A stretch of DNA of 64,000 nt from Paragordius varius (Eukaryota > Animalia > Nematomorpha): contig OZ176053.1 of NCBI GenBank assembly GCA_964247055.1, positions 8,246,001 to 8,310,000 on the forward strand. Reading direction: 5' to 3'. Made by a program: the position numbers and the translations under genes. Of the stretch, positions 1 to 14,715 are shown piece by piece (within the stretch, counting starts at the first letter, position 1; each line of letters opens with the position of its first letter). Under the pieces are notes generated by a model. That model was not told the DNA's origin and made no database searches. It saw only the letters and a list, made by a program, of their open reading frames with translations.

Positions 1-3000
1 GAGGCCCCCCAATTTTTGATCGATAATCATCGTTTCCGTCATCTGTACATATATATATATATTAACAGTTTATTAAGGATATTTAAGAAAATTCTAAATT
101 CTATTAGATAAAATCCAAAAATTTTAAAATAACGGTTAATTGTAAAATAAAAAAAGTATTACCATTTGGTAACATCATTGAAGATGGGGGAGGCACACCA
201 ACATTGTTAAGTAAGAGATCTTCATTAACGTCCGTAAAATTGTGGTGTATTAAAGTACTTGGTGGGGCCACAGTGTTTGGTATATTGCATTTGGTACCGA
301 GCATCATTTGAGTACTTAGGGGAGATCCTTTTATATGGGCATTGCTGTTATTATTGGTCAAGTTGTTTGATGTAAGATTACCTATATATGAAATGAAATA
401 TATTCTTAAATGTTAATGTGTAATAAATAGGGTGTGTTACAAAACATTTACCATTATCACTTTTGTTAGTAGGAGTGTTTGGGAATGGTGAAGATCCATC
501 TAAACCCAAAGATCCACCACTAATTGACTCAGATTTGATAAAAGATGTATTGTCTTTGAAATCGATAAAGCCATTATTTTTAACATCTATTACATAAAAA
601 ATCGATGGGAATACAAGAGATAAATTGGAAAAGAATTAAATTATTTGTTGGGTAATAATAATTTTAATTTTTTTTATACATTTATTTAAATTTTTTTGCC
701 AAATAAAATAATTTTCATTGAAGTTTTACCCATAAAACCAGTAGAGTTATGACATTTTCGATTTGTGCTATTATTACCACCATTCACCATCTCAAAATTG
801 GGTAGAAGCGTTGATAATGGCCCATTAGTTAATTTGCTTGGAGGGTTATTACTGCTAATTTCAATTGATTCATTTTTTATGGTATTATTGGACAACAAAT
901 TAGATTGATCTGTTAGGGGAGAATTATTATTGTTGTGTGGTAATGATAATGATGTTGTTTGAGGTTGATGTAATACCGTGGATTGTGAAACCAAAGTCGA
1001 ACTGTGTGATTCCATATACTGTAAGTTTTCTAACCGTGCTATTAATCGTTCGTCTTCATCGCCGAATTCGCCACCCATTAATGTTGGTTCACCAACAATC
1101 ATAACATCCTACATAGTTTGTTGGATATGGATTTAAATATAAAGAAAATATCATACGGATTTACTATGATATATTAGCATAATCGCTCGGCTAATGTATG
1201 CTTGCTTAATTTAAATTGAATACAAATATAATTGAATATCACTAAACTATATGTAACAAATAAAGATGATGCAATCTATAATATAGATACAAAATGTCCT
1301 CTCAAACGCGTTTATGTTTGAAAAACCTCTTAAAAATCTTAGTATGTGCCATTGTATTATATTTTAATTTATAAATTTTATAACAATGTCTCCTCCAATT
1401 TCCGTATTTAGAGATATTAAAACAATAAGTGTGTTTCATAAGCGTTTCTGCACAAAAAGAATTTACAAACTTTTTAGCATTCGCTATAAATTATACCTGA
1501 CTCGCTAAAGAGAGCATGTGTTGTTGATGCTGTTGATAATGGGCTGTTGAAATGCCAGGCTGTCCTTGGGGATTGAATGGAGGCAAAGTCCCGAGAGGCG
1601 GACCACCCCGTATCAAACCTGTTGTTGGCCCAGAATGGTGGGGATAGGGAGGGGGAGGTGGATGTGAAGATGGAAACATGCCTGTATAAAATAAGTTAAT
1701 TTTTGTTTGAAAAAAAGTAAAATATATATATATATATACTTTAATGGAAAGTTAGCATTAAATAATAATTTGTAAGTGAAATGGTGTTAAATTTATATTT
1801 TTTCATACTAATTCTCATTATATATATTCTTTTTCGACTGTGTTGGCATATCATAAGAGAATAAATATATATTAAATTAACCAAAACTAGTTTCTGATAT
1901 TACAACTTTGATATGTTATTTTTTAACATAATTAATTACAAATTTGAACTATTAATGAGAAATAATAATATTATATTATGGTTAAAATATTATCAAAATT
2001 CAAACAATAAATATATAAAACTAGTGTGTAATAAACTTAAAAAATTGTACAATATATTATATATACCCATATTTGGTGCGTTATTTAATGGAAATGAAGG
2101 ATTTGGTCCATTTGACATTGGCGAGGGGTTGTTATTCATATTTGAAGGGGGATTGTTGAAAGGATAAAAATTTGTTGGTCTGCCGCCTATTAACATTAAA
2201 ATTAATGAAATACAAGTGATTGTACTAATTTCCTATCAACCATTGTATGTTAAGTAATTAAAAAATAAATTGCTAAATATAAATATTTTTATAAAATCTG
2301 AATTTTTACGCTGAATTATAACCATGTTTTTAATTAAAAAACCAACATAATTCTTATAAAAATCAAAAACAGTAAACTTTCAATCGCGTGTTTCGCTACA
2401 TATTTACAAAAATAAATAATTTACCATCATTAGCAAACATGGCGTTTGGTGGAGGACCATTATACGGATTATTTTGTTGCAGGAAAGGCGTTGGATTTCC
2501 TGCATTTAGAAATGGTTTTGTGGATGAGGTCGAGGCATTACATGTCATTACGGATGTATATGTATTATTATTGGTACCTAAAAATAGATAAATTGAATTA
2601 AGATTATCAATCACAAATACATATAGTATGCCAGATCCGCAAAATAAATCTTAATATCTAGAGTCGACGTTCTCATTATATATACACACACAAATTCTAC
2701 CGCTTAATAACAACAAATACGGGTTATGGGATTTCGATAATATTTAAAAAATTAAGAATAGTATATTAAAATGAAACTTAAATTAAACATTCATGCATGT
2801 ATGGATTAAAGCGTTTTGGAAAAAAATAGCGCAAAATGAAAATTATATACGTTTACTTGTAGAGGAGTTTGCGTTGGAATTAGCGTTTGCGGCAGCAGAA
2901 CCTCGCTTTTTACCAGGACTAGTACCAGTGCCTTGATTGGCATCGGTTTTACGTTTCCGTCTATTCAATGAATATTTTCGTAAAAAAGTTGGGTAAATAT

Positions 3001-6000
3001 TTGACAAAATATCGCTCTTGAATATAATAATATTTTTAAACCAAATATGTTGGTTTTGCATAATTAAAATCTCAAAAATTACTATAAATGACTCGTTTTT
3101 TATTAAAAATTTGACACTATAGTCATAAATTCTTATCCTTTTAAATTTAATTAGAATAACCATGTATCTATGAATTACAATTAACAATAAAAACGAATCT
3201 TTTACGTAACTAATTAAATTTCTCATTATATTTAATTGAATAAATGCATGGATGATAATATTTTTTGAATTTTCATTAAGATATTATTTAATGTGTCTCT
3301 CTAGTTCTAAATTTAGTTTAGTATTGGACAAATTTCACGAAAATTCATACATTTGAAAATTAAATTTTAAAAAGTATGCTTTGAAAATATTACCGAGGTT
3401 TAGTTTGTTTTGTGGTCGTTGTTCCGCTCGTAACGGGTGTTGATGAGACTGAGGGAGCATTCGTTCCAGTTGTATTTATACTGCTACCTGATCCAGGCCG
3501 TCCATTAACTAATGTCATTAAAAATTTATATATGGTTCTAAAAATATTTTTCTTCCTTACAATAAAAACCTAAAAAAGAAAAGTTGTGTAAAATTCAGGG
3601 ATAATTAATGCATATTGGAAAGAAATACATGCTTATTATTGACATAAAAACCCTTATTTTTTGAAAAAGCTCAAATATATTTAATTATTTTTTTGGAATT
3701 CATAGGATAGCTTAAACAGTTACAATGCAGGATAATAAGCATACGAATGAATTCATTTATGGGCGCAATTTATTATTTTCAAAAACACCGATAAATAATA
3801 TTTTTAGCAATTTTTAAAAACACTTTTATTTAACACACAAAAACAACAGCACATACTTGTAGGTGTATTAGTTTGTTGTTGAGATGATAATGGGAGGATC
3901 ATGGCCCCATCTTTCATACCAACAGGAACTGAGCTACCATTATTGTTATGGGTAGAGTGTTGTGGTGGACCTCCAAACGTATTATTATGATACCTCATGC
4001 CAGGAGGAATACCATTACCACTGCCCATAAAACCATTTGCAAATTGGGGGCCGGCATGGTGTGGATGTGCATGCATTAACCCACTGGCGTTATTATGGTG
4101 TTGTGAGGGATGGGGACCTGGACCCAAATTTTCTATAAAATTGCAGATATAAAAAGTCATGGTGACTGTGTCTGATTTTGCATTAGAGCAAATAAACTGG
4201 CACAGAAAAGTATTAAAGGATGAAATATTTAAATAGACAATGTGTGGTATTTTAAAAAAATGATTTATAATTTCGAGATTGCAAGCAAAAGTCAAACTCG
4301 ACTGTAGTAACACAAATCCATCTATAAAATTGAAACTTATAAATTGGGAACAATTATTTTTTTGTCTTAAATATTATGCAATTTCATAAAGGTAGTCAGA
4401 GTAAAAAACTCAATTTATCAGTTTAATATCATCCTTAAAAATACATGATTTGTAAAAAACCATATAAAATATAAACTATATTATAATAAAATTATATACC
4501 GTTGTTTCCAACTAATTTTTGCCATTTTTGAAAGAGGGTTGTTTTCATACAATCTCTTGGTGAGAGTGCATAAGCTTTATGCCTAGACATAAGTTCGGCC
4601 ATTGGTTCCAATATTACACAAAGCTGAAATCCATTATAAATAAGATTAAAATTTCGAAGTTTTAATAAAAAATAATTTTTCAATATAAATAATAAATTGA
4701 TATTTACCCTTAAATAGTTTAATGTTGTGTTGGTTAAACCGGAACGAGTGATGTTTTTAGAGAGTTGTTCAAGAACGGCAGGATCCTATAGAATATTAAA
4801 TATTAGAATAACGTAAAATAAAAATTATATATTACATCCTAGTGTTAGAAACTATTGTTAAGTGAGCAGACTCAATATTAATTGGATTAATATATTGTAC
4901 AAACCGTATCCTACATTTAAATAATGTTATATAAATTTTTTAAATATAGTCATTGAAAATACCTGCATGGATAAAATATTTCGAGGTATAAGTTCGGTGT
5001 GATGCCTTATAATATAATGCCAACGTTTAATGCGTAGAGATGAATCCTCCATTATAATGAAATCGAGAATAAGGCGCCCTTCTGATATAACCTAAAAACA
5101 CAAATACATAGTATCAAATATGTTACATATAACTAAATATAAGAATGGTCTAAAACAGGGCTTTACAATAGGCGGAGCCACATGCGCTCCTTTGATATGA
5201 TATGTGAGGCCCGCGAAAATTAGAAAATTATCAAATAACTACGAAATCCCTTAGAATAAACATGCTCACAAAATCTTAAAAGATTTAATTTAAAAAATTC
5301 TTAAATAAAAAGCCATTCCATGGCAACGAACTAAGAAAATTGATGGAGTATATAAAATCATATTTTTTGAAATTTTACAGTCTTATGGTTAAAATCTAAT
5401 AATGTGTTGCCCCAAATTCGGCTCGGCTGTTTTTTTGACTCAAAAATACGACCCTAGTAGCCATTTATAAGCATCCCTAGTCAAACAAAACCGAAAAAAC
5501 TTAAGATTGTTGGCAAAAAAAACTCCTACATAATTTATATTTTAAGACCAATTTTTATAAAAATCAAAAAAAATCGCAGCATACCTTAGTTAGTATGGGT
5601 TTATCTAAGACAGTTATCATGTTGGCTTGTTCACAATCCATAGTGAGGAATGTGGGAATAAATATGGTTGTGGTGGGCGGAGAAGATTTATTGGGACCGG
5701 GATTGGGTCCATTATTACCTGGATTGTTTGCGTTGGGGCCACCTGGTAAAAAGAGTGGTATTTTTAAACGAGTAAAAATGTTGTCATTCAATACAAATCA
5801 TTTCCATTATTATGCTATCAATTCGATATTTTATAATTTGTAGTGCATTCGTTTATTTTGTAAATACCCTTTTATATCAGCAATGAAATATCCTTCATAA
5901 TGACTCCTTCGTATATAGGAAAATACGCAAATTTTAACGAGTGCGATCTTAAAACTAGAACTTTATTTAAAAAAGTTCATTGAACAGTAACTAATTTTAG

Positions 6001-9000
6001 TAAATATTTATCGAAAAAAGTTCATTATAAAAGGGGTTCTGTCAAATTACTTTATATTCAATTTTATTTCTCCCCTATCCCCATTTTTTTGAGTCCTACA
6101 TGCCTTATGAAACTCATGTAAAAACGTGATATAAAAAGTACTTACTTTGATTGCTATTTGTAGTGATACCATCTTTATTAGAGGTATTGCCATTCCCCCC
6201 ACTCATATTGTTTGATAAATTATTTGGGGCTGAGGAGGGTGAATTAGGCCTTGCCCCAGAAGCCATTGTTCCAGGATGGTAAGGAGGTGAGGGATATAAA
6301 TGAACCGGTTGCGGAGGTCCGTGATAAATTTCTTTCCAATGCCTAGGCAGAAAGTATAGGTCAATGGCTCCGCCCTCAAACACGCTCCGGAAAAAACGGG
6401 GTATAAGCGTACGATTTATACCTGTAATAGATTTTTTTGTAAAAAAGTTATAAATGTTATAAAAATATGGTATTAATTTTATTCAACAAAACCTGTATAT
6501 TTTGATTAAAGCAGTGTAAAAATCGGTATATTTGACATCGTATAATAGTTTATTTTTCAAAAAGTATGCATGTTAGAAAAGAAACTAGTTTTGTTATCGA
6601 ACAAAATTTGGATATCAAGACTTATGATTTAATTATCTAAAAAATATATTTCAATCATTTGAACTTTTGCAGTAACTAAAAATGGTTTTTGTGAGCAATG
6701 TTTTGTATAATGGTATATAACGAAGAAAAAAATGCAAAACACCATTTATAGAGTGAACCCAAAATTCACAAGGGTTATATTTATCCGCATATACATATAT
6801 AGAGTTAAATGTAATAAAAATACGTAGTATTTTTCAAAAGCTAAAAAAAGGAGGCAAAAATAGGCATTTGTATGTATATCAAAGTTAGTTTGTTCATATT
6901 TTTCGTTTCAACTCAACTAACTTACCTTAATTTTTTTGTAGTTTATAATGTTGTTTTGTAAACGTATAAAAAAACATAATATATGACTTTAGGGGGTTAT
7001 AAGTGTATAAGAACTTGTATAAACTTTCAAACATCCTAACTATATTTGTGTCTCAAAAATGCGATAAAAATACCAATTTTTGTTCGTATAATATTAACAA
7101 CAATAATTCACTCTATCTATTAAATATATTGTTCGTGTGTACCTTTGTTCCTAACACCTTATATTTTTAAAATAGAAAGTTTTTTCAAGTAACAAAACTT
7201 TATTTTTTGCATCTCAAAATTAGGCGGCAAAATATTGGAATTCAACATTTTTATAATAATGATTTTTATACCATCTCAAATAAATTAACATACTGTTAAA
7301 AATTAAAATCGAAACGCTACAAACCAAAATCACAAAAAGTTAAAAATAGTTTAAAATTTCAAACAAAATAAAAATATAGAGAAATACCTGTTCTGCATAT
7401 ATACACACACAAATATATCCCTGTTTTTATTTTTCTAAAATATACTGTGACTCAATTATTTTGCGTTTATAAGAAAAAAAATATAAACTTCCTTCTTACC
7501 TTTTGACAAATAAAGAATATATATATATATATATATAACTACAAAAAGTTAAAAATATATAATAATAATAACAAGTTACACGACTTACAAATCTGTAAAA
7601 AAATAAATAAGTTTGTTTGTTTATTTATTTTTATAGCAAAAAAAACTACTTTTTTCTCTTATATAAATGTTATGTTAATTTTTAATTAAAAGTTAAATAA
7701 AATAAACAAAACAAAACAGGTATTTCAAAATATTCCCAGGTATTGCAAATGTTAAACGCTTTGTTGTTTCATATGTGTTTGGATATTTAGAAAGTGAGAG
7801 AAAAAATCAGTAATAAAGGCTACCTATTATACAATATATTAAATTAATTAACATAAAGTTTTTTTAACAAGTTACGATTATAATATAAAATAATATGTAA
7901 GAAGGAAGGACATAAGATCACATAAACAACTATAACTTTTTGTAACAATAAAGTTATTAAGGTACATCTAATTTTTTTTTGAAACAATTATAAGGGAAGA
8001 GTTAATAAAAATTATAGAATAAAATTGTCGGAGACTAACCGCAAGACATAAACCAAAAAATTACGTATAAAAAAATGTAATAATTAGTATATTTTTTGTT
8101 TATATATATATATATATATATATGGATGGACTTACAATATCGTTTTGGCCCATCTTCCAAACAAAAACTCATGGTTAATTTGGCATCATCATCGAAAAAT
8201 TGGGCCACTAAGCTGTCCCACCACAAATTATCGCTATCCTAAAATACGAAAAATTATTTTAAAATAATTAAAAATAAATAAGTATATATATATTAATTAT
8301 ATATCAAAATTCGTATAGTGTCCGTAGCGGCCCGAAAAAGAGTATATTAACAATAAGTCTATATTTAAAGGATGGTTTTTCAGTAATATTTATTTTTTCT
8401 CACTAAATGGGTATTCTTACAGATATAATTGAAATACCCAAACCGTCTCTTTTAAATAGATGAAAATATAAAATTGATCGATACAAAAAGTAGTGAACTT
8501 AATACAAATCAAAAAAATTGCGAATTGTTTATGTATAATACAATCTGTGGAATGCAAGCAAGGATTTTAATTCTTAAAATACAAATTATCATCAATATCT
8601 GACCAAATATCTTTATCAATCTAAAAACCAGAGTGGTTCAATCATAACGCAACAAATCAGTCAAAAATCTCGGAATCGCTAATTATTCATAGATTAAACG
8701 GAATTAGCTCAAGAAAATAATGTTTTATCTACCTTTTTCGTTTAAAAGACATCAAAGAAAGCGCACTATGTAAATAAAGGTAAAAACAACATTTCGAATA
8801 AAAGTCTATAATCTTGCATCTTAATTTACAGTAGGACCTGTTATTAAAAATAATTATTGAAAAATTAACAAAAAAATGGTACTGATAATATACGTTAAAA
8901 CAAATAATAGAGATAGAGAAAGAGGTAGGTAGAGCTTCAAAAAAAGTAAGTAGTTTTTTCATAAAGCTGCTGACTTGGCTTTTACCATTTTTTCCTCTTT

Positions 9001-12000
9001 CCGATATTCCCTAATATATCTTTGGTTTACGCATTAATCAATAATATGTATTTAGCGATATCTATATATAGTGTATAATTTAATAAATATATATGTGGAA
9101 GCAAATTCTGGTGGATATTTTAGTGATCTTACAAGGAATCTTAGATTTGAAAAACCTAACTAACTTTGACAACAAAGTTAGCAGACCTCTCACATGCATA
9201 CTATACATATAATATTGCGACAGCGTAAAAATAGGCAAATATCATACATAATATGCGCCTATTTTTTGCATTTCATTCTTTCATACTATTATTTTTGAAA
9301 CGCACAAAACTTAAATAAAAACGAAGAAAAAAAAACGAAAAACGGGAGCATAAATGTCATCTATCCAGCTAGCTGCTATGTAGCTATCTATCCATATATG
9401 TGTATTGATTATAATTTGTGTGTGTGTGTGTATGGCATCAGTAAGCGCAAGGGAAAATATACCATAATTAGCATGTATGTATGCGCGCACACCACCATAC
9501 ATATAAATAAAATTAGGTGGTATCATTATTTATTAGAAAAGAAATGGAGAGACAAATTATAGTGAAAGGATTTCGTCAAAACTCCCAATATATCAATTTT
9601 GGATTGGTAAAGGGTCCAAAGAGTTTTCCTTTCTTACAAAAACATGTATAAAAACTTTTTTTCTGTAGTAATTTTATTTATATGGTGGTAGATGGTATTT
9701 AAATTTAGTAAAATATCAATAATCTATATTTACACCAATAAAGTATAATATGATATGTGTGTGTAACCCCAAAAAAGATAGATAAAAAATAGGCTGTTAA
9801 AACGACAAAATTGTGGATGTTATAAATATATGTAGCATTTTATTGAAACGATGTGAAAAAATTGAGCACATTGATAGATAACATTTACCCTGCAATAATG
9901 TAATGATAAATTTTATCTAAATGTAAACGATGTTTTAAATTATTATGATATGGCCGCTTCTACGCTACACTACAATTTGTATTTAATTTTTCAGAGGTGC
10001 GATCCATTAATAACAAATTATTAGGAATGATACAAAAAGATTGAATCCTACTATTACTAATATTAAATCTAAAGGGGGAAGGGGATCTAATCTATACTAT
10101 GTATTCTTCTCTGGATGGAATGCTTATTTGCTTGTACTATATATATATCCTAAATTAAAGATTTTAAAATGCTAAATGATGTTATAATAAAAAACAAATA
10201 TACAATACATAACATATCGTCATATCAATGTATGGATAGATAGCGCTAAACATACATAGTATTTGTTGTTTTATAAAAGTGTGGAGGAAAGATATAGATA
10301 GATAAAAAATCAATAATCGAATAGGAATGAATATAAAGGAGAATTACACATTGGAGAAATAGATATACTACTACGATATACTACTACATATTATACAAGC
10401 TAAAAGTTGTCCAACAAAATCAATGTATGTAAAATCATTAATGCCGTGTAGTATTTAGAGCACACATCTATATATCACTGCGATAAAAAAAATAATGACA
10501 AATATATTTTATATTTTGTATTGTGCGCTTAGAACCCCAAAATACTTTTTTTTCCTTATATGAATAAAAAATGTTTTTGCCATATTTCGCAGACATGACA
10601 AATTAAGACCCATAAATGTATATGTTAATTAAATCAATAATATTATAATATTACACTATGTATGGCATCAATTAAAATTTAAAATATAAAAAATAATTAA
10701 GTTATGGTTAAATTTAATTTCAAACTTTTGCTAATGATATATTATAAGTCAGTTTTTAACAATGTCAAATCGAATTTTGTCAATGATGAAATCGGTAAAT
10801 TATAGACTAATTTATTCAAGCTGTTTAGTGTAAATTAGGGTATTTGATCAACCCAAACCTATTTATAATTAAATATTTTTTAAACTATGGAATTTATGAA
10901 ACAATATCAGTATTAAATTTTTCAAATTCGTAAATTTTAAATTCTTTAATTATTATTTTTTAATTTACAAGAAGTGCCCAAACATCATAGTTTTATATAA
11001 ATTTCTTTGTGCAAAATTTTTAATACATAACTTTAATTCGGAACAAATTGAGATATTTTTAAAAAAACGTTCAAATGGATAATTTTGGGTAAAAGTTATT
11101 CATTTATTAAATAAATATTTCAATCAAATAAGTGAAAAATTATAATAATAACAATCGAAAACCTAAAAATTTATCATAATTATCCTGAACAATATAGTTA
11201 AAACTTTCAAAGTAAGACCGTATCTTCAATAAAATTTGCTAAAATAAATAATTGTAGACAAGGTAAATTTATGTTTAAATATAAATTATTCAAATAAAAT
11301 AAATCTTATACGAATAAAAAAGAATTTAAGCGAGCCGCCAAAATACATAAAAAAATTAAACTTCTGGATTGCTAATATCATATTAAAACAATTTAGTAAT
11401 AATGCAATAAAAGCAATAAGAAAAACCTAATAATATTCTTTTGATTGTTTTATCAGAAATTTGTCATTGTCGAGTAAAAAAACGTAATAACTTAATTTAA
11501 ATATATTGGGTTGCGGTACATCAACGGACATCGTTTTTTGAAATATTTCTACGATTTTATATGCAACATATATATATTTATATATATATATATATATATA
11601 TTGGGCAGAGAATGATATAAATTTTTTAGATTTAATAAATTGAAAGATATTTTAGCGAGGAAAATGTTTATTTTTTGAAGAAAACTGATGATTAATTAAA
11701 ATTAACAATTATGCAAAAACCCTTTCTTGATAAGTTAAAATATCTACCATAAGGTGGTTCAAATTTTAATTATTTACCTGCGAAAAAAATATATTTTTGT
11801 CGGTAATTAATAAATTATATCTAAGTTAAAGTAATGAAATATGAAAATAGAAAACGCATATTTGATAACGTTTACATTCGGAAATTAAAAAATATTTTCT
11901 ATATATGGGTCAGATAAATAAAAATTAGGAGTCGTGTAAGGGATTAACGTGAGATCACACAGTGAAGGTTTCCTAATTCTCACAATAAATTTAAAGTAGT

Positions 12001-13071
12001 TATATTTAAGCCACACCGGAATTTCCTATTGAAGTAAAAATTTAAGACTTCATGACCTTTTGGGGTAGTTTTAAATCCGAGAGTGTTTGATTTTTAATAT
12101 CTAAAAAAGTATTTAGGGTATTAGGGCGAATTGAAAAATATGCATTCTTTAGCCTTTTAGACTATTAATTTATTTTTTAAAAAACGTAAAATTGTAAAAA
12201 AAACCATATCTAAAGCTTTTTCACCGCCATTTTTTTAAATCGATGCAACAGCTAAATAATTTTATATTATGGTTAGAAAATATATAAAATAAACTTTAAA
12301 AAGCTTTTATCATTTTACTAGCAAAAACTTGATATTCAAAGATTTAAAGATCAGCTTTTTAGTTCAATAGCGTTTTAAGGCTGTCCCAATTTTAAACTCT
12401 AGAAGTCATAAATTGTAAAAACTTTTCCAACTAATGCAGGAGAACAATGTTTTATAATTAAATTTAAACTAAAACAACTTGTGATATCAGGTTAAGTTCT
12501 AACATAGAAACTACCCCAATATGCCATCGCGGACAATGAAAAATGTCATAAAGGGTTAACCCTATTTTTAATTCTATGACCCAATAACTATTAACTAAAA
12601 GAAGTTTCAGATATTTCTACATTAAAAAAGTCAATTTTAACATAAAAAATTTTAATACTTTATTCAAAATATGAAAAATATCCATTCAAAAAGGTTATTA
12701 AATATTTCGTATATATTTTTTATAATGAAATTAAGTAAACGCATATTTATTGAAATTCTTAATATATTATAGCTTCTTATGTTATAAAATTTATAAAAAA
12801 CAATAATTGATCGCTACGAAACAAATAGGAAACCAATTTTAGCATTAATGAAAGGTAATATGGGATCAAAATTAAAAGTATTTGACAGAAATATTGTCAA
12901 CTTATATGTACAATCATTGAATTATCCGACTATGGAGAACTATTATTTATAAAATTTGGCCGTTTAGATACAAGGCATTCTATATAGAAGTGATAAAACC
13001 GAAATAAATTTTGTTAATTAAAAATCATAAGATCTTATAAGTAAATATTTAAAATTTAATAATAATGAATT

Positions 13072-13137
<66 letters not shown>

Positions 13138-14003
13138 GAAGATTTTTGGACAAAAAAGATTTGGAGACAAAAATTATAGCTTAAACCAAGTAATTTGGGT
13201 TCAAAAACCTTATGATGCTTAAACAACCAATTATATATAGGTATTTATGGCTGTATATTGTTCATCGATTCTCTTCTAAAAAATCTTATTGAAACTAAAT
13301 TTGGATCAATTGATTAATACATTTCTGCATGTTTTGATGGCGGTTACCAAAAATTTTGATACATATTTCTACAAAGCCGAATAATGTTAATTTATATATC
13401 TTTATTATTTAATAAAACTGTTAATCTAAAGTTTTTGAATAATGCAATTTTGGCGTTAACAACGAAAAAATATTTAAAACATAGAAAGTTGCAAAATTTG
13501 TTAATTTTTTTAAGAATATAAGAGTGTGCTTAAAAATTGTATAAAACTTCTATGCAAAACATATTTGAAACATAACTTATTTAACACCATAGCTCGTTTT
13601 ATAAATACTTTATTCCCAAAGACTGGGTTTATGTTAGATGTAAAAAAGTAACAAAAATAAATATTAATAACCTCTGAACGTTGTTGTAAACGCTTATTTA
13701 ATTCATAAAGGCGGTATTCAGGATGAAGGAATTGGTTAAACGGAGGTGGCGCATTTATTAAAGTTGGAGTGTGAGGAGGTGGAGGGCCAAAAGCAGGATG
13801 TTGCAAAGGATGTCTCCTATTTTAATAAATATATAAAATAGATGTATCAAAAGCTTTGCTAAAAGAATTTGTATAAAAAACATTAGAATAATATACATTG
13901 GTGGGTAATTGTAGAGATTAGGTGGAATATATCCAGAAGTAGGTTCATGATGATTTAAAATAGCTTCGGGAGGTATCATATGTTGTCCGGGAGGAATCAT
14001 CAT
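1..14003 (-). CDS. LDB1: LIM-domain-binding protein (LDB1/LDB2/Chip orthologue); 18 exons in window, 3' end lies beyond position 1
   Basis: Phase-consistent GT-AG exons (- strand): 14003-13897, 13816-13672, 8238-8136, 6421-6146, 5742-5585, 5091-4963, 4785-4708, 4623-4500, 4132-3857, 3508-3394, 2960-2857, 2577-2425, 2186-2067, 1681-1497, 1108-730, 586-452, 381-163, 42-<1. Family motifs: dimerisation domain (EYRLYELNKRLQ, DNLWWD..FFDDDAKLTMSFCLEDGPKRY, RTLIPRFFRSVFEGG, VISEGRLILDF), LCCD (LCVILEPMAELMSRHKAYALSPRDCMKTTLFQKWQ), NLS (KPRRKRK), LID (DVMIVGEPTLMGGEFGDEDERLIARLEN). An in-frame TAA lies directly upstream of ATG 14003. About 949 codons are in the window. Confidence 0.95.
12046..12555. 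mobile_element. TTAA-flanked MITE, family B (piggyBac-like, non-autonomous), in LDB intron 2
   Basis: TTAA at 12042-12045 and 12556-12559. Imperfect TIR gacttcatgaccttt / aaatgtcataaaggg. Internal blocks (gctgtcccaattttaaactctagaagtca, gagaacaatgttttataat) are shared with 16246-16741, 49280-49320 (inverted) and 63740-63975. Confidence 0.65.
13076..13134. repeat. (AT)n microsatellite, about 29 units
   Basis: Uninterrupted AT run. Shorter AT runs occur at about 7517, 8101, 11568, 30152, 54285 and 61698. Confidence 0.95.
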
Positions 14004-14135
14004 TTAAACTCGGTTTACTTGCTAACCCCTTATAATGGTGTATGATATATCTATTGAGATCCACAGGAAAAAAATGTACCATATGTAAAATATATACGGA
14101 ATAGTTAAATACTACATCCGATTTTTATAAGTTAA

Positions 14136-14715
14136 CACTTGGATACAACACACTCATTTTAGTCCTTCGATTCAAATTGGGGTAGTTGGATACCCCAGGC
14201 CTGTTTAAAATCAAATACTTTAAAATGTATGGAAGCAATCCAAACCATGGCAAAATTTTGCACTTATATAACATTAATAAACCGAAATATATAAAAAAAT
14301 TTATTCAAAAATACTTGGTATTACTATTTTGATCTAAAACTGAAAGGTAAAAATTTAGTCAACGTGACATGTGTCAAATTGTAAAATTAAAAAATAATAC
14401 AAAATAAACGGCTTTTTCTATTTCTATCAATGTTTTATGTAATTATATAAAAAATAAGCTTTAGTTTTACCCTTAAAATTAAATGAAGACGATATTTTGC
14501 AAAATTTTCGTAAAATAAAAATGGCGTCGAAGTAGTTTGAGATGGAACTTTTATTTCAACACAAAATTTTATCAAGATATTTTGGCATATTTATATAATA
14601 TTTATCAGGATAGAAGCATAAATTTAAATTGGGACCGTTTCCTTCAGTAGTTTTTTAAAAATTTAAATTTAAATTTAGTCTGGGGTATTTAGATACCCCA
14701 ATTTGAATCGAAGTG
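14136..14715 (+). mobile_element. 580-bp TTAA-flanked MITE, family A (piggyBac-like)
   Basis: TTAA TSD at 14132-14135 and 14716-14719. The ends CACTT..ttcgattcaaattggggta..atacccca and tggggtat..taccccaatttgaatcgaagtg are inverted, with an extra internal segment of about 25 nt in the left arm. Near-full-length similar copy at 62868-63449. Confidence 0.9.

Noticed and set aside
5156-5455. Possible hAT remnant in an LDB intron (caggg..ccctag); similar scraps near 31920-32035, 32809-32945 and 38469-38755
   Set aside because: Inverted ends are short or degenerate, with no TSD or second copy in the window to confirm them.
9311-9526. ORF MIPPNFIYMYGG as an alternative first exon of LDB
   Set aside because: No convincing phase-0 donor to join exon 3, and it overlaps a (TG)n/AT-rich tract; needs transcript data.
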